A stretch of 64,000 bases of DNA from Azolla caroliniana (Eukaryota > Plantae > Polypodiophyta). A program made the position numbers and the translations under genes. This document shows positions 21,596-32,099 of the stretch, in pieces. Below the pieces are notes generated by a model. It was given only the letters and a program-made list of their open reading frames with translations, was not told the origin of the DNA and did not search any database. The DNA lies in assembly GCA_043228905.1 (NCBI GenBank), contig JBHGNT010000017.1, positions 1,736,001 through 1,800,000 on the forward strand. Direction: 5' to 3'. Each line of letters starts with the position of its first letter. Positions within the stretch are counted from its first letter, which is position 1.

Positions 21596-24500
21596 ATGCA
21601 GAGCCTCCCATGCACTCTCCCTCTCCTCTCAATCCTTATTCTCATCATACATTCAGCGGAGATTGTGGCGACCGCGACCGCTCCCACCTCCTCCGATGAC
21701 ATAGTGGTAGCACAAGCAAAAGCTCTCGCGACAATTAAGGATGCCGTCACCCACGACCCCTCTTCTTGCCTCTCCTCCTGGACCACCACCACCACCACCA
21801 CCACCTCCAACTCCACCTCCAACTCCACCTCCTCCAACTCTACTAATGATGTTGTCCACACCACGGCACCACCCTCCTACTGCCCCTCTAACGGCACTGC
21901 CGGCTGGTACGGCCTGCTCTGTGATGACAGCTTCCACATCACCTCCCTCAACCTCTCCTCCTGCAACCTCTCTGGTTCCATCTCCCCTTCTCTGGCTCTC
22001 CTCCCTTCCCTTTCTCTTCTCGATCTCTCCTACAACAACTTCTCAGGCCCTCTCTCTTCTTCCCTCTTCTTCACCCAACAACCCAACTCCTCCAGCCTCA
22101 CATACCTCGACCTCAGCTACAACGCCCTGCTCTCTGGTGACATACCCCCTTCCCTTATCCTCAACTCCCCCAACCTCCAAACCCTGCGCCTCAGACACAC
22201 TGGCCTCAGCGGCCTTGTTCCTCCAGAGCTGTGGACCCATCTCCCGGCTCTTCAGCAACTCTACATCACTGACACCTGGTCCGACTCCTCACCTCCACTT
22301 CTCAGCATCTCGCCCACCTCTTTTCCAGCGACTGCTAATTTCTCTTTCTGTGCTACCATTGAGGCGTTTGTACTGTTTGGCCTTGATGCATCCGGGGCAT
22401 CCTTTCCCTCTTCCTTGGGAGATTGCCAACAGTTGCAGATCTTGTCCTTGACTGTCGCGGGTCTACAAGGTTCCATCCCTCCATCCATTTGGCAGCTTCC
22501 TCACCTCCAAACGCTGGTAATCCAAGATCTTAATGTGATAGAGACCGTGGATAATAATCCCTACGATCCACGCCCCTACAAGCTCCACGGGTCACTGCCA
22601 TCCACTTTTGGTTTCTGTAGCGCTGCTGGATCTACCATCGAAGACATGTACATAGATGGCATAAATCTCACTGGCCACATTCCTGCTTCTATTGGCACCT
22701 GTGCCTCTCTGCAGAATCTGGATCTCTCTCACACAAGTCTGGAAGGCCCCATCCCTTCTAGCCTCGGCAACCTCACCCAGCTACAGACCTTGTACCTCCA
22801 GAGCAACAACCTGACAGGCAAGATACCAGCTGCGCTCGGTAGCTGCTCACAACTCACCGACCTTCGGCTGGGGTTCAACCCTCTCATGGGTTCCATCCCC
22901 AGTGAGCTGGGAATGCTCATAAACCTCCAGGTACTCTCTCTCTTTACGGCCAACCTTGAGGGTCCAGTTCCCGTTGCGCTTTGCAACTGTACCCAAATGG
23001 AATGGTTCGACGTGGGGTGGATGCCCCAATCTGATCTCTTCACCTTCCTTCCACCAGAATATCCCCTGTCCCCGGGTCTTACAGGGAGCATACCTGAATG
23101 TTTCAGTAGAATGCCAAACCTGCAAACGCTGGCATGGCAGCTTAGCCACCTTGACGGGGGGTTCCCTACGAAAGCATTGCAGAATTTAACGCAGCTTCAA
23201 TACTTGGATCTGACTTACTGCGGATTGGAAGCCACCTTTCCTCCTGAGTTCGGCTGGAATTTTCCAGATCTACAACATCTGAACCTCGAGTATAACCACT
23301 TAACAGGGTCCATTCCACCACAGATGGGTCAGCTTCCCCACCTGGAACTACTCCATTTAGGTTCTAATGATCTGAATGGAACAATCCCAGAACAACTCCT
23401 CCAAGGCCTGGCACAATACAGCACCCTCACTACTCTCCATCTCGGTAGCAATGCTCTGGAGGGATCCATATCTTCCTCCTTTTGTGGCATCGCAAGCCTG
23501 CAAACGCTAGTTTTGGGTACCAACAACTTTAAGGGCAGTATACCAGCGTGCTTGGGGAGCTTGGAAGCTCTCACAAACCTAGATCTTGGACAAAACAACC
23601 TCACAGGAAGCATTCCTCCATCTCTCGGCCGCCTAATAAACACAGAGAGCTTAACATTAAATAACAATGAGCTTTCTGGATACATTCCTCTCGAAATCGG
23701 GGCATTGATAAAGCTGCAGAAATTAGACCTCTCCACAAACAGCCTGGAAGGGATCGTCCCTGTTGACGCTTTACATAATCTGTCTGGTCTTCTGACATTA
23801 CGACTCTCTCAAAACAATTTGAGTGGGAAGATAGAGAGCTTGGACCTGTCCAAGATGCCCAACCTCCAGACTTTTGGTGCCTATGGAAATGCTTTAGAAG
23901 GGGGCCTACCTGCTGGCATTACGGAGAATAAGGAACTGGTCATCTTCGATGTGCAGGGGAACAAATATCTCACCGGATCCTTAGGCAATACTACTACTGC
24001 TGAGATAACTGGTTTATCCAAGCTCAGGGTGCTCTCGGTGAGCTACAACCAGCTTAGCGGCGACATCCCCGGTTGGGTTTGGAAGCTTCCCAGTCTGCAG
24101 GCACTGGACCTCTCCAACAATCGCTTCAGCGGCCGCTTCCCTGCGTCTCTAACGCACCTCTCATACTTCAAGCTCAATGAAAGCTCAGACAGGAACCAGA
24201 CTACCCTCTACGAGGAGGTGCCGGTCATTCTCAAGAACACTGTCTTCATTCTCAAATATGTTCTGAGTACCCGTATCTACTTTGATGTGTCCCTGAATGA
24301 TCTGGAAGGCGAAATTCCAGAGAGCTTCGGGGAGCTGCAAGGTCTGACAGGAGCCAACCTGTCCCACAACCGAATCAGCGGCACAATACCTGCGGGTACA
24401 TTTGGGAGATTGATGGAGTTGGAGGTGCTGGATCTCTCCTACAACCAGCTCAGCGGTGGCATCCCACAAGATCTCACGTCTCTGGGCAGCCTCTCTACTC

Positions 24501-24793
24501 TAAACCTGGCCCACAACCAACTGGAAGGACCAATCCCCACACAGAACAACTTCAATACCAGGTTCTCATCTGCCAGCTTTGAGAACAACCCGGGCCTGTG
24601 TGGCTACCCTCTTTCCACCTCCTGCAACACAAGCATTGATGATGCTAGTAGTGATGTGGGCACCACTGCCAGGCAAACACAGCAATTGATCGTGATTTGG
24701 TTCAATGAGTTCGTATCTCCATGGGCGCTTCTGGTGGGCTATCCGACTGGACTTGCACTTGGCATATTCGTCTGCCGTACCCGGTCCTTATAA
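21596..24793 (+). CDS. Leucine-rich-repeat receptor-like protein (LRR-RLP), intact, intronless, about 1065 aa
   Basis: Signal peptide MQSLPCTLPLLSILILII, LRRNT cap (..CLSSW..C..WYGLLC), about 30 plant-type LRRs, an island-like segment before the last four LRRs, NPGLCGYPL C-cap, a TM helix with GxxxG, a short tail and no kinase. ATG 21596 was chosen because the paralog has an in-frame TAG directly before the equivalent ATG. Confidence 0.95.
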   Translation: MQSLPCTLPLLSILILIIHSAEIVATATAPTSSDDIVVAQAKALATIKDAVTHDPSSCLSSWTTTTTTTTSNSTSNSTSSNSTNDVVHTTAPPSYCPSNGTAGWYGLLCDDSFHITSLNLSSCNLSGSISPSLALLPSLSLLDLSYNNFSGPLSSSLFFTQQPNSSSLTYLDLSYNALLSGDIPPSLILNSPNLQTLRLRHTGLSGLVPPELWTHLPALQQLYITDTWSDSSPPLLSISPTSFPATANFSFCATIEAFVLFGLDASGASFPSSLGDCQQLQILSLTVAGLQGSIPPSIWQLPHLQTLVIQDLNVIETVDNNPYDPRPYKLHGSLPSTFGFCSAAGSTIEDMYIDGINLTGHIPASIGTCASLQNLDLSHTSLEGPIPSSLGNLTQLQTLYLQSNNLTGKIPAALGSCSQLTDLRLGFNPLMGSIPSELGMLINLQVLSLFTANLEGPVPVALCNCTQMEWFDVGWMPQSDLFTFLPPEYPLSPGLTGSIPECFSRMPNLQTLAWQLSHLDGGFPTKALQNLTQLQYLDLTYCGLEATFPPEFGWNFPDLQHLNLEYNHLTGSIPPQMGQLPHLELLHLGSNDLNGTIPEQLLQGLAQYSTLTTLHLGSNALEGSISSSFCGIASLQTLVLGTNNFKGSIPACLGSLEALTNLDLGQNNLTGSIPPSLGRLINTESLTLNNNELSGYIPLEIGALIKLQKLDLSTNSLEGIVPVDALHNLSGLLTLRLSQNNLSGKIESLDLSKMPNLQTFGAYGNALEGGLPAGITENKELVIFDVQGNKYLTGSLGNTTTAEITGLSKLRVLSVSYNQLSGDIPGWVWKLPSLQALDLSNNRFSGRFPASLTHLSYFKLNESSDRNQTTLYEEVPVILKNTVFILKYVLSTRIYFDVSLNDLEGEIPESFGELQGLTGANLSHNRISGTIPAGTFGRLMELEVLDLSYNQLSGGIPQDLTSLGSLSTLNLAHNQLEGPIPTQNNFNTRFSSASFENNPGLCGYPLSTSCNTSIDDASSDVGTTARQTQQLIVIWFNEFVSPWALLVGYPTGLALGIFVCRTRSL

Positions 24794-26806
24794 GGACAAC
24801 CATAAAAGAAAACAATGTAAATATGTAAATAGAAAAAATTGAATAAAAGTCCATGGCCTAATGGTTAAGCTTATCGATGATCTCTTATTTTATTGAGCTA
24901 GCATTTGTTTTTTCGTCTATCATACCATCTGTCTGTGGTGTTGGTAGATCACTGACGCTGAGATCATACACCCCACTATAATCACCCATAATCTTCACAG
25001 CCATAAGCTCTCTATTCTCTGGTTGGGCCACTAATGCGGACCCAATGCCCAAATGTAAATAATGCACGACCTAAACATGAACAAGCAAAGTGTAGGGCTG
25101 GTAGATAACTGCCTGTTTGCCTACAATAGTATATATACTTTCTCTCTCGTATATATACTTTGAATTTATCACATCATGATTGATCTCCAAAAGAGGCATT
25201 TGCTTATAAAATCTTTACTTTGTCTTTCTGTACAATTTGGATGCCCTCATTATTCCATTTTTTATACAGTATTGTAATGTCCTTAGTTGACTTGAATGAA
25301 TTGAAACATTGGGCAATGTTTGGCTTCACTTAGAACAACTTTTGCCTAAGTACCACTTCAAAGCAAAAAAGTTACATGAACATGCTTCCGATTGCTACTT
25401 CACAGGCATTGATAAAACCCATGGAACTTTGTTCGAGGTTCTAATTGTTGTGGGAATATTTGGAGTGCATAGTAATGGAGTCTCTTTGGGTTTATTGAAT
25501 TCTCATCTCCTCATTTAAGTTTAGAAGAGAGTATCCTCATGAAGCATCTATAAAAAAGGGTTTTCTTCCCAAACCTTATCATTTAAATAGTGACACCTTG
25601 AATACCATCCATTGATTAGTAGGAATGCAAGGTGGAGAACTTGTAAACCTTAGGGGGAAGACCTTATCATTACAATTGTAAATGAGAGATAAATGAAAGT
25701 ACTTAAATATAATCAACACTTGTCATCAATCAACTTTCCTCTCTATCTAGCCTCCTTTCATTTCCATTTGGTAGTCAAGTCCGCAACATCAACCTTGCTT
25801 TTTCGGCACCGCAACGGTCTTGATCATTACACAATTGTCCAGTAATTAGGTTTGATGAGCATAAACACAATGCCTTTAATTCAATTGTTTGGAGAAGAAG
25901 ACATACAATAATCAAATATAGGGCTATTCTAATTAGGGCATATCCATTGATAAACAAGTGAATGCTTCTTACTCAGTCCACAAACAAATGGTGCCAAATT
26001 TGAAGTTTCTTTTTTACTATTTATGGTAGGATGTATCTACCTCGTTGGTTTGTCACTTTGAGGCTTGGGTAGATTAATGCCCTCTGTATGGTGAGTCGGG
26101 CAAGAGAGTGTCAATCACCCTTGAGCTCGTTGACGGATAGACTAGTTCACTCGTAGAAAAGTTGTCTCACCTAAAAATATTCACTCATAACAGAATTAAA
26201 TTATAAGATGTTATTGGCACCAGGACTTAACCTAGGTAGCATACACATTTAATTAATGACTTAATCAATACACACATGCACAAAATCATTCGAAAACAAC
26301 CATCTCTATCAATTTAACCACTTTGTGAAGCCACCCACTCTCTCATGCAAAGAGGTTAATTGCAAAAAATTAAGATTCGAGCATTAGAATATTAATGAGG
26401 ATAAAGGAGTACGGACACATGTTTAACCGAAATGTGGAATTTAAATGGGTTCACATAAAACCAAGACTCTCTACAATTTGTTTAGTACATCCCTTACCAC
26501 AGTTGGCATGATTCGTTGATTGTGTCCCTGTAGTGGTCTTGCAACATGGATAATTTACTTATGATTCACTCCATTCTTGAGTTGGGAGGCAAAAATGTGA
26601 TATGCCACATGTTGAAAAGAGATCAAGGCACTTTAGTGTGGAGATAAGTGGCGGCGTCATGGACGAAGCGCGACATGAGCTTTGGAGTGTAAAAGCTTGC
26701 GGAAAGGTTAGTGGGTTGTATGGTACTATAATTGTTGTTGTTGTCTCGTGTTCGAAGCGGGGAAGTAAGGTCAATGTAGCAGTTAGAGACGTAGATATAT
26801 ATATAT

Positions 26807-26845
26807 ATCCCACATACAAAACCACTTTTTGGTGTCTCCTATAAG
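26807..26845 (+). promoter_or_regulatory. U2 promoter (USE + TATA)
   Basis: ATCCCACATAC at 26807-26817, TATAAG at 26840, start site 26873. Confidence 0.85.
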
Positions 26846-26872
26846 TATGGAAGTAGAAGCACAGAAGAAATC

Positions 26873-27076
26873 ATACCTTTCTCGGCCTTTTGGCTAAGAT
26901 CAAGTGTAGTATCTGTTCTTATCAGTTTAATATCTGATACGTGGCCTATAAGGCCACATGATATTAACCTAATTTCTTTCATGGGGGCAGCACCCGTTCG
27001 AGGCAGCTTGCTGTCTCTGGGAGCTGCGTGCGTCGCCTTGGTATTGCACTGACGCCGGGGTCATATAGGCGCGCCC
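26873..27076 (+). ncRNA. U2: U2 spliceosomal snRNA, full length
   Basis: ATACCTTTCTCGGCCTTTTGGCTAAGATCAAGTGTAGTATCTGTTCTTATCAGTTTAATATCTGAT, with the branch-site pairing GTAGTA and the SL-IV loop ATTGCAC. The 3' end is approximate. Confidence 0.95.
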
Positions 27077-27440
27077 CCCCCTCCCCCAACTACAAACACG
27101 AACAAAATGTTCTGTCTTGAAGTATAAATGATGAATAAATCAATAATGCAAGCAATAGGTAGTGTAAGGCTGGTAAATAACTGCCCGTTTGCTTACAATT
27201 CTCGTAAAGGTTGGGGTACCCATTGATTCTACGCACTCTTATCATGGTAAGAATTTGGCGGCATCTAGCATGTCCAGGAGTGATCAGGGTTGTATAGACA
27301 TGCCATGTGATGCTTCCTACCCGACTGATCTATATATATATATATTTATGCCTCATATCCATTCCATGACTATTATATATATATATTTGCCTCCATCTTT
27401 ACCCTATCGTTTGTTTATCCATGACTCCACCCCAGCTGTG

Positions 27441-27871
27441 CTGGGTTTGTACAGACAGACTTCGGGTGCTAAGATCCAAAGTCGAGAGGGAAACAGCCCA
27501 GATCGTACGCTAAGGTCCTTAAGCAATCACTTAGTGGAAAAGGAAGTGATCGAGCGATGACAACCAGGGGGTGGGCTTGGAAGCAGCCATCCTTCAAAGA
27601 AAGCGTAATAGCTCACTGGTCTAGCTTCATGGCACTGAAAATGTCTCGGGGCTCAAGTGATTCACCGAAGCGACGAGACCTTGAAAGAAGCTTTTTCAAG
27701 TGTCAGTAGCGGAACGTTCTGTCAATCGAGGAAGGTTGTTGGTGACAACACCTGGAGGTACCAGAAGTGAGAATGCTGACATGAGTAACGAGAAATCATG
27801 TGAAAAGCATGATCGCCTGCCAGTTCCAGGGTTTCTGCGTTCAGTCAATCTACGCAGAGTGAATCGGTCCC
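27441..27871 (+). pseudogene. rrn26: Organellar large-subunit rRNA fragment, plant mitochondrial rrn26-like (NUMT)
   Basis: GAGAGGGAAACAGCCCAGATCGTACGCTAAGGTCC..GGCTTGGAAGCAGCCATCC..GAAAGCGTAATAGCTCACTGGTC is the conserved GTPase-centre region. The variable parts resemble plant mitochondrial 26S more than plastid 23S, recognised from memory. Confidence 0.85.
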
Positions 27872-28035
27872 AATTTACATCACATAACTGTACTCCCTCT
27901 ACCCCGTTACGTCTGTTATTTACATAACATACATCTAAAGTATATATACCCCATATGTCATTTACACATTACGCAGTCCAGGTAGACTCAATTTTCGGAC
28001 ATTCAGAGTTTAATTGATTGGAGATTATTTGAGAA

Positions 28036-28092
28036 GGGGGCCGCGCGAACGTGAGCCCCCACAGCCACAAATTATGACCTGCACTCTCCCAC
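28036..28092 (-). pseudogene. U1: U1 snRNA 3' fragment (about 57 nt)
   Basis: Only the Sm site and terminal stem-loop remain, with several substitutions. Confidence 0.85.
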
Positions 28093-28333
28093 CCAGACTG
28101 GTTTATATATATGGCTCCATTTACAATTCCATGATGCTCTCGCGCTATTATATATACATTCATTTCTCCATGACGATCAGACAACCCAGCATCGGCCCCA
28201 ACCAAAGATTTCCGCTGGGAATTGGGTGAGGAATTACATTCATTTACAATTCCATGATACTCTCTTCTCTCTATTCTGTATATAGATCCATTACCATGAT
28301 AGCTAGTTTGATGACTTTTGGATTATTTGAGAA

Positions 28334-28460
28334 GGGGGCCGCGCGAACGCGAGCCCCCGCTGCCACAAATTATGACGTGCACTCTCCCACATTGGGGAGA
28401 TGCTAGGGCAAACAGCCCCTCCGGCAGTGCAATGGAGGCGCCGGTCCTAAGCCATCGGCC
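28334..28460 (-). pseudogene. U1: 5'-truncated U1 snRNA (about 127 nt)
   Basis: Nearly identical to the 3' part of the copy at 28649-28810. It lacks the 5' splice-site-pairing end and the promoter. Confidence 0.9.
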
Positions 28461-28648
28461 AGCTGTATATACTTATCCATGACCACTCCACCCCATATGT
28501 CTTATTTACATAACATACATGTACTTCCTCTACCACGTCACGTTTACACCATATCTGTTATTTGCATTACAACATAGATACAAACTCCCCATATCTATTT
28601 ACACCCAAAATTTCGGAATGACATTCAGAATTTGATTTGATTGAGAAA

Positions 28649-28810
28649 GGGGCCGCGCGAACGCGAGCCCCCGCTGCCACAAATTATGACGTGCACTCTC
28701 CCACATTGGGGAGATGCTAGGGCAAACAGCCCCTCCGGCAGTGCAATGGAGGCGCCGTCCCTAAGCCATCGGCCTTGCTGATCACCGATAGACCCCGCCC
28801 AGGTAAGTAT
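28649..28810 (-). ncRNA. U1: U1 spliceosomal snRNA, full length
   Basis: ATACTTACCTGG 5' end, loop I GATCAGCAAG, loop II ATTGCAC and Sm site AATTTGTG. Confidence 0.95.
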
Positions 28811-28834
28811 GTTTTCCTGCAGTTCACAGCCCTC

Positions 28835-28875
28835 TAATTATACCTCCCTTCCTCCCCGTCCTCTCTATGTGGGAC
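28835..28875 (-). promoter_or_regulatory. U1 promoter (USE + TATA)
   Basis: GTCCCACATAG at 28875-28865 and TATAATTA at 28842-28835. Confidence 0.85.
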
Positions 28876-29019
28876 AAATAGAAGATACTCTCTCTATCTA
28901 CCCTTTTCCATTTATGTAATGTTCTTGTTTTCATGTATTCATTCACTATGACGCACGCACTACTTATTTTTTCAACAAATGTACATGTATCATTGCTAGT
29001 GCCACTCTTTTCTATAGTA

Positions 29020-30180
29020 GAATAAATTTGTTCCTTTAGATTTGGTTAATGGCTTGCCAACCTAGTAGGGACTTGCATCTTTTTGTCTCTAGGCTGAGCC
29101 AAGATTGTACCTATTGTGAAAGTCTGACATGTTTGGGTGCACATGAACTCATTTTCCCAACTTCGTGATCAAGATGGTGGTGCTCTAGTTAGTATTCCTT
29201 GAGTAAATGAAACAATTTGGTGCATTCCTTAGGTCAATTTAAACTCTTCAAGGAGTCCATAGAGAAATGTTGCACCTTCTTGGCGAACATTTTAGTGAAA
29301 CACTAATAATAACTTGTGTACCCCATCATGCATGCACATCCTTCTTGTTGGTTTATGGGGTGGCACGTTTGATATCCATTTAACTTTAGCCTTGTTAGGC
29401 AAATGTATTTGCGCATAAAAAATGAGTCAAAATGCAATTGATATTGCACTCATTTTGAATCAATCACTTAGTAGGGTTAAGTGCTCTTCCGAATGGACTT
29501 GCAATAGAACCCATTTACATGGAGATGGATACGCGATTTGCCCCATGTTTAAAACTGCTTATGACATTGGTGGGTTTAAATGGCATTTGTTTGTACTGAA
29601 AAATGCCAAACTTTGTGTCAAAGGTTGTCTCTATATTGATATTGGGGTGCAACAGTCATTTGATTGTACCATGAGAATATGTTAATGGAACTACATGCTT
29701 CTTTGTTTGTTGCATGTGTTAAGAGGTGCTTGAGGTATGACATCAAGTAGTTATCTCAACTAGTGTCTTTGTTAACCTTACAAAAATCAATGCATATCTT
29801 GACTTTGTTCTTCTTCTTGAACTATGAGTAGTGACTAACCTATACACATGCATGCATCTCAATGTCCTTGTAAGTTGTGCACATTGGACATGGTGCACAA
29901 TTATCTCCATGATCTTGTAATGGTATGGTCCATCTACTAGGTAATGGAGGTCTTTAATTGAGCTATGAGTAGTGACTAACCTATACACATGCATGCATCT
30001 CAATGTCCTTGTAAGTTGTGCACATTGGACATGGTGCACAATTATCTCCATGATCTTGTAATGGTATGGTCCATCTACTAGGTAATGGAGGTCTTTAATG
30101 TTGATAAAATTCCTTTTCTCGCTCCATGGTGATTCCTTGGAAACAAACCAATATTGTCCTATAGCATCTTGCATGCTAGA
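29020..30180 (-). mobile_element. Highly degenerate Ty3/gypsy remnant
   Basis: The minus strand near 29540-29630 translates to TTFDTKFGIFQYKQMPFKPTNV, resembling the gypsy RT motif TAF.T..G.F.Y..MPFGL.N. Boundaries are approximate. Confidence 0.5.
29822..30099. repeat. Tandem duplication, 141-bp period, 2 copies
   Basis: CTATGAGTAGTGACTAACC...GGAGGTCTTTAAT occurs at 29822 and 29963. Confidence 0.92.
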
Positions 30181-30409
30181 ATAAGAATCAATTCTCTATC
30201 CTTTGGAAGCTTGAGCAAGATTTGGCTAAACTATGGTGTCTCAGCCTTATAAAAAAAGGGGTGGTTGGTGGTGGAGTCCGGGTGGAAGGTGGCAAGCTCA
30301 ATTTCCAAATAATGGGATCAGTAGTAAAGGAAAAGAAATCATTAATTCTCTAGTCGAGGTTGGCACACCTTTCTAAATGATTTCTACATCACTCTTCTTC
30401 TTCTAAATG

Positions 30410-31868
30410 AGGTAGTGCAAGCCCAAGCCCAAGCTCTCATAGCATTCAAGGATGCCATCACCCATGACCCCTTCTCTTGCCTCTCCTCCTGGGTTCAACC
30501 CTCTCATGGGTTCCATCCCGAGTGAGCTGGGAATGCTTATAAACCTCCAGGAACTCTCTCTATTTAGGGCCAATCTTGAGGGTCCTCTCGAAAAACCGCT
30601 TAACAGGATCTATACCACCACAGATTGGCCAGCTTCCCAACCTGGAACGACTCAGCGTCGGTTCTAATGATCTGAATGGAACAATCCCAGAACAACTCCT
30701 CCAAGGCCTGGCACAACACAGCACCGTCACCAGTCTAAATCTCGGCGGCAATGCTCTGGAAGGATCCATATCTTCCGCCTTTTGTGGCATCACAAGCCTG
30801 CAGACGCTCGTTTTGGTTTCCAACAACTTGCAGGGCAGTATACCAGCGTGCTTGGGGAGCTTGGAAGCTCTCACAGAGCTACATCTTGGACACAACAACC
30901 TCACGGGAAGCATTCCTCCATCTCTCGGCCGCTTACTAAACACAGAGAGCTTAACATTAAATAACAATGAGCTTTCTGGATACATTCCTCTCGAAATCGG
31001 GGCATTGACAAAGCTGCAGAAATTAGACCTCTCCACAAACAACCTGCAAGGGATCGTCCCTGTCCACGCTTTACATAATCTGTCTGGTCTTCAGACTTTA
31101 CGCCTCTTTCAGAACAATTTGACTGGGAAGATAGAGAACTTGGATCTGTCCAAGTTGCCTAATCTCGACACTTTTAGTGTCTATGGAAATGCTTTAGAAG
31201 GGAGCCTACCTGCTGGCCTAACAGAGAGTAAGGCACTGATCATCTTTGATGTGCAGCGGAACAAATATTTAAACGGATCCATAGGCAATACTACTACTCT
31301 TGACATCACTGGCTACAACCAGCTAAGTGGCCACATCCCGGGCTGGGTTTGGAAGCTTCCCAAACTACAGGCACTGGACCTCTCCAATAATCGTTTCCAC
31401 GGCCGCTTCCCTGCGACTCTCACGCACCTCGTCTACTTCAAGCTCAATCAAACCTCACACAAGAACCAGACAACCCTCTACGTTGAGGTGCCTGTCACGC
31501 TGAAGAATACTGTCTACATTCTTGAGTATGTGCTGAGTGCACGGATCTACATTGATGTGTCCATGAACTATCTATCTGGAAGGCGAAATTCCGGAGAGCT
31601 TCGGGGAGCTGCAGGGTTTGACAGGAGCCAACCTGTCCCACAACCGAATCAGCGGGCCCATAGGTGAGGGTACATTCGGGAGATTGAGGCAGTTGGAGGT
31701 GTTGGACCTGTCGTACAACCAGCTCAGCGGTGGCATCCCACAAGATCTCACGTCTCTGGACAACCTCAATACTTTAAACCTCGCCCACAACCAACTGGAA
31801 GGACTCATTCCCACACAGAACAACTTTGACACCAAGTTCGGGAAAATGAGCTACGAGAACAACCCGGT
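30410..31868 (+). pseudogene. LRR-RLP pseudogene, paralog of 21596-24793
   Basis: An N-cap fragment is fused to internal LRRs by large deletions. There is a frameshift near 31575, and the copy is truncated at ENNP, with no signal peptide or TM helix. Confidence 0.92.
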
Positions 31869-32099
31869 TGATGGGCTACCATTGGTGGTGTCAACCTTTA
31901 GATCGAGGAAGGAATTCTAATCTTCCTTTTCCTCCAAATGCGTTTCTTTGGTGTGCGATGGTTGATGGACTACCATTGGTGATGGAACATGAGAAATAGG
32001 TTATTGTTTGATGGATTTCATGGGGTGCCGCAACCAATTCGTAGATATTGTCGTTTAACCCGGTTTTTTATTGTCATGGGGAATATTTGGATTGCATAG

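Noticed and set aside
21741-22451. Proline-rich, extensin-like ORF (also 62617-63303)
   Set aside because: It is an alternative-frame reading of the C-rich RLP coding sequence.
27441-27871. Functional rRNA gene or bacterial contamination
   Set aside because: It is a short internal fragment embedded in nuclear snRNA spacer sequence.
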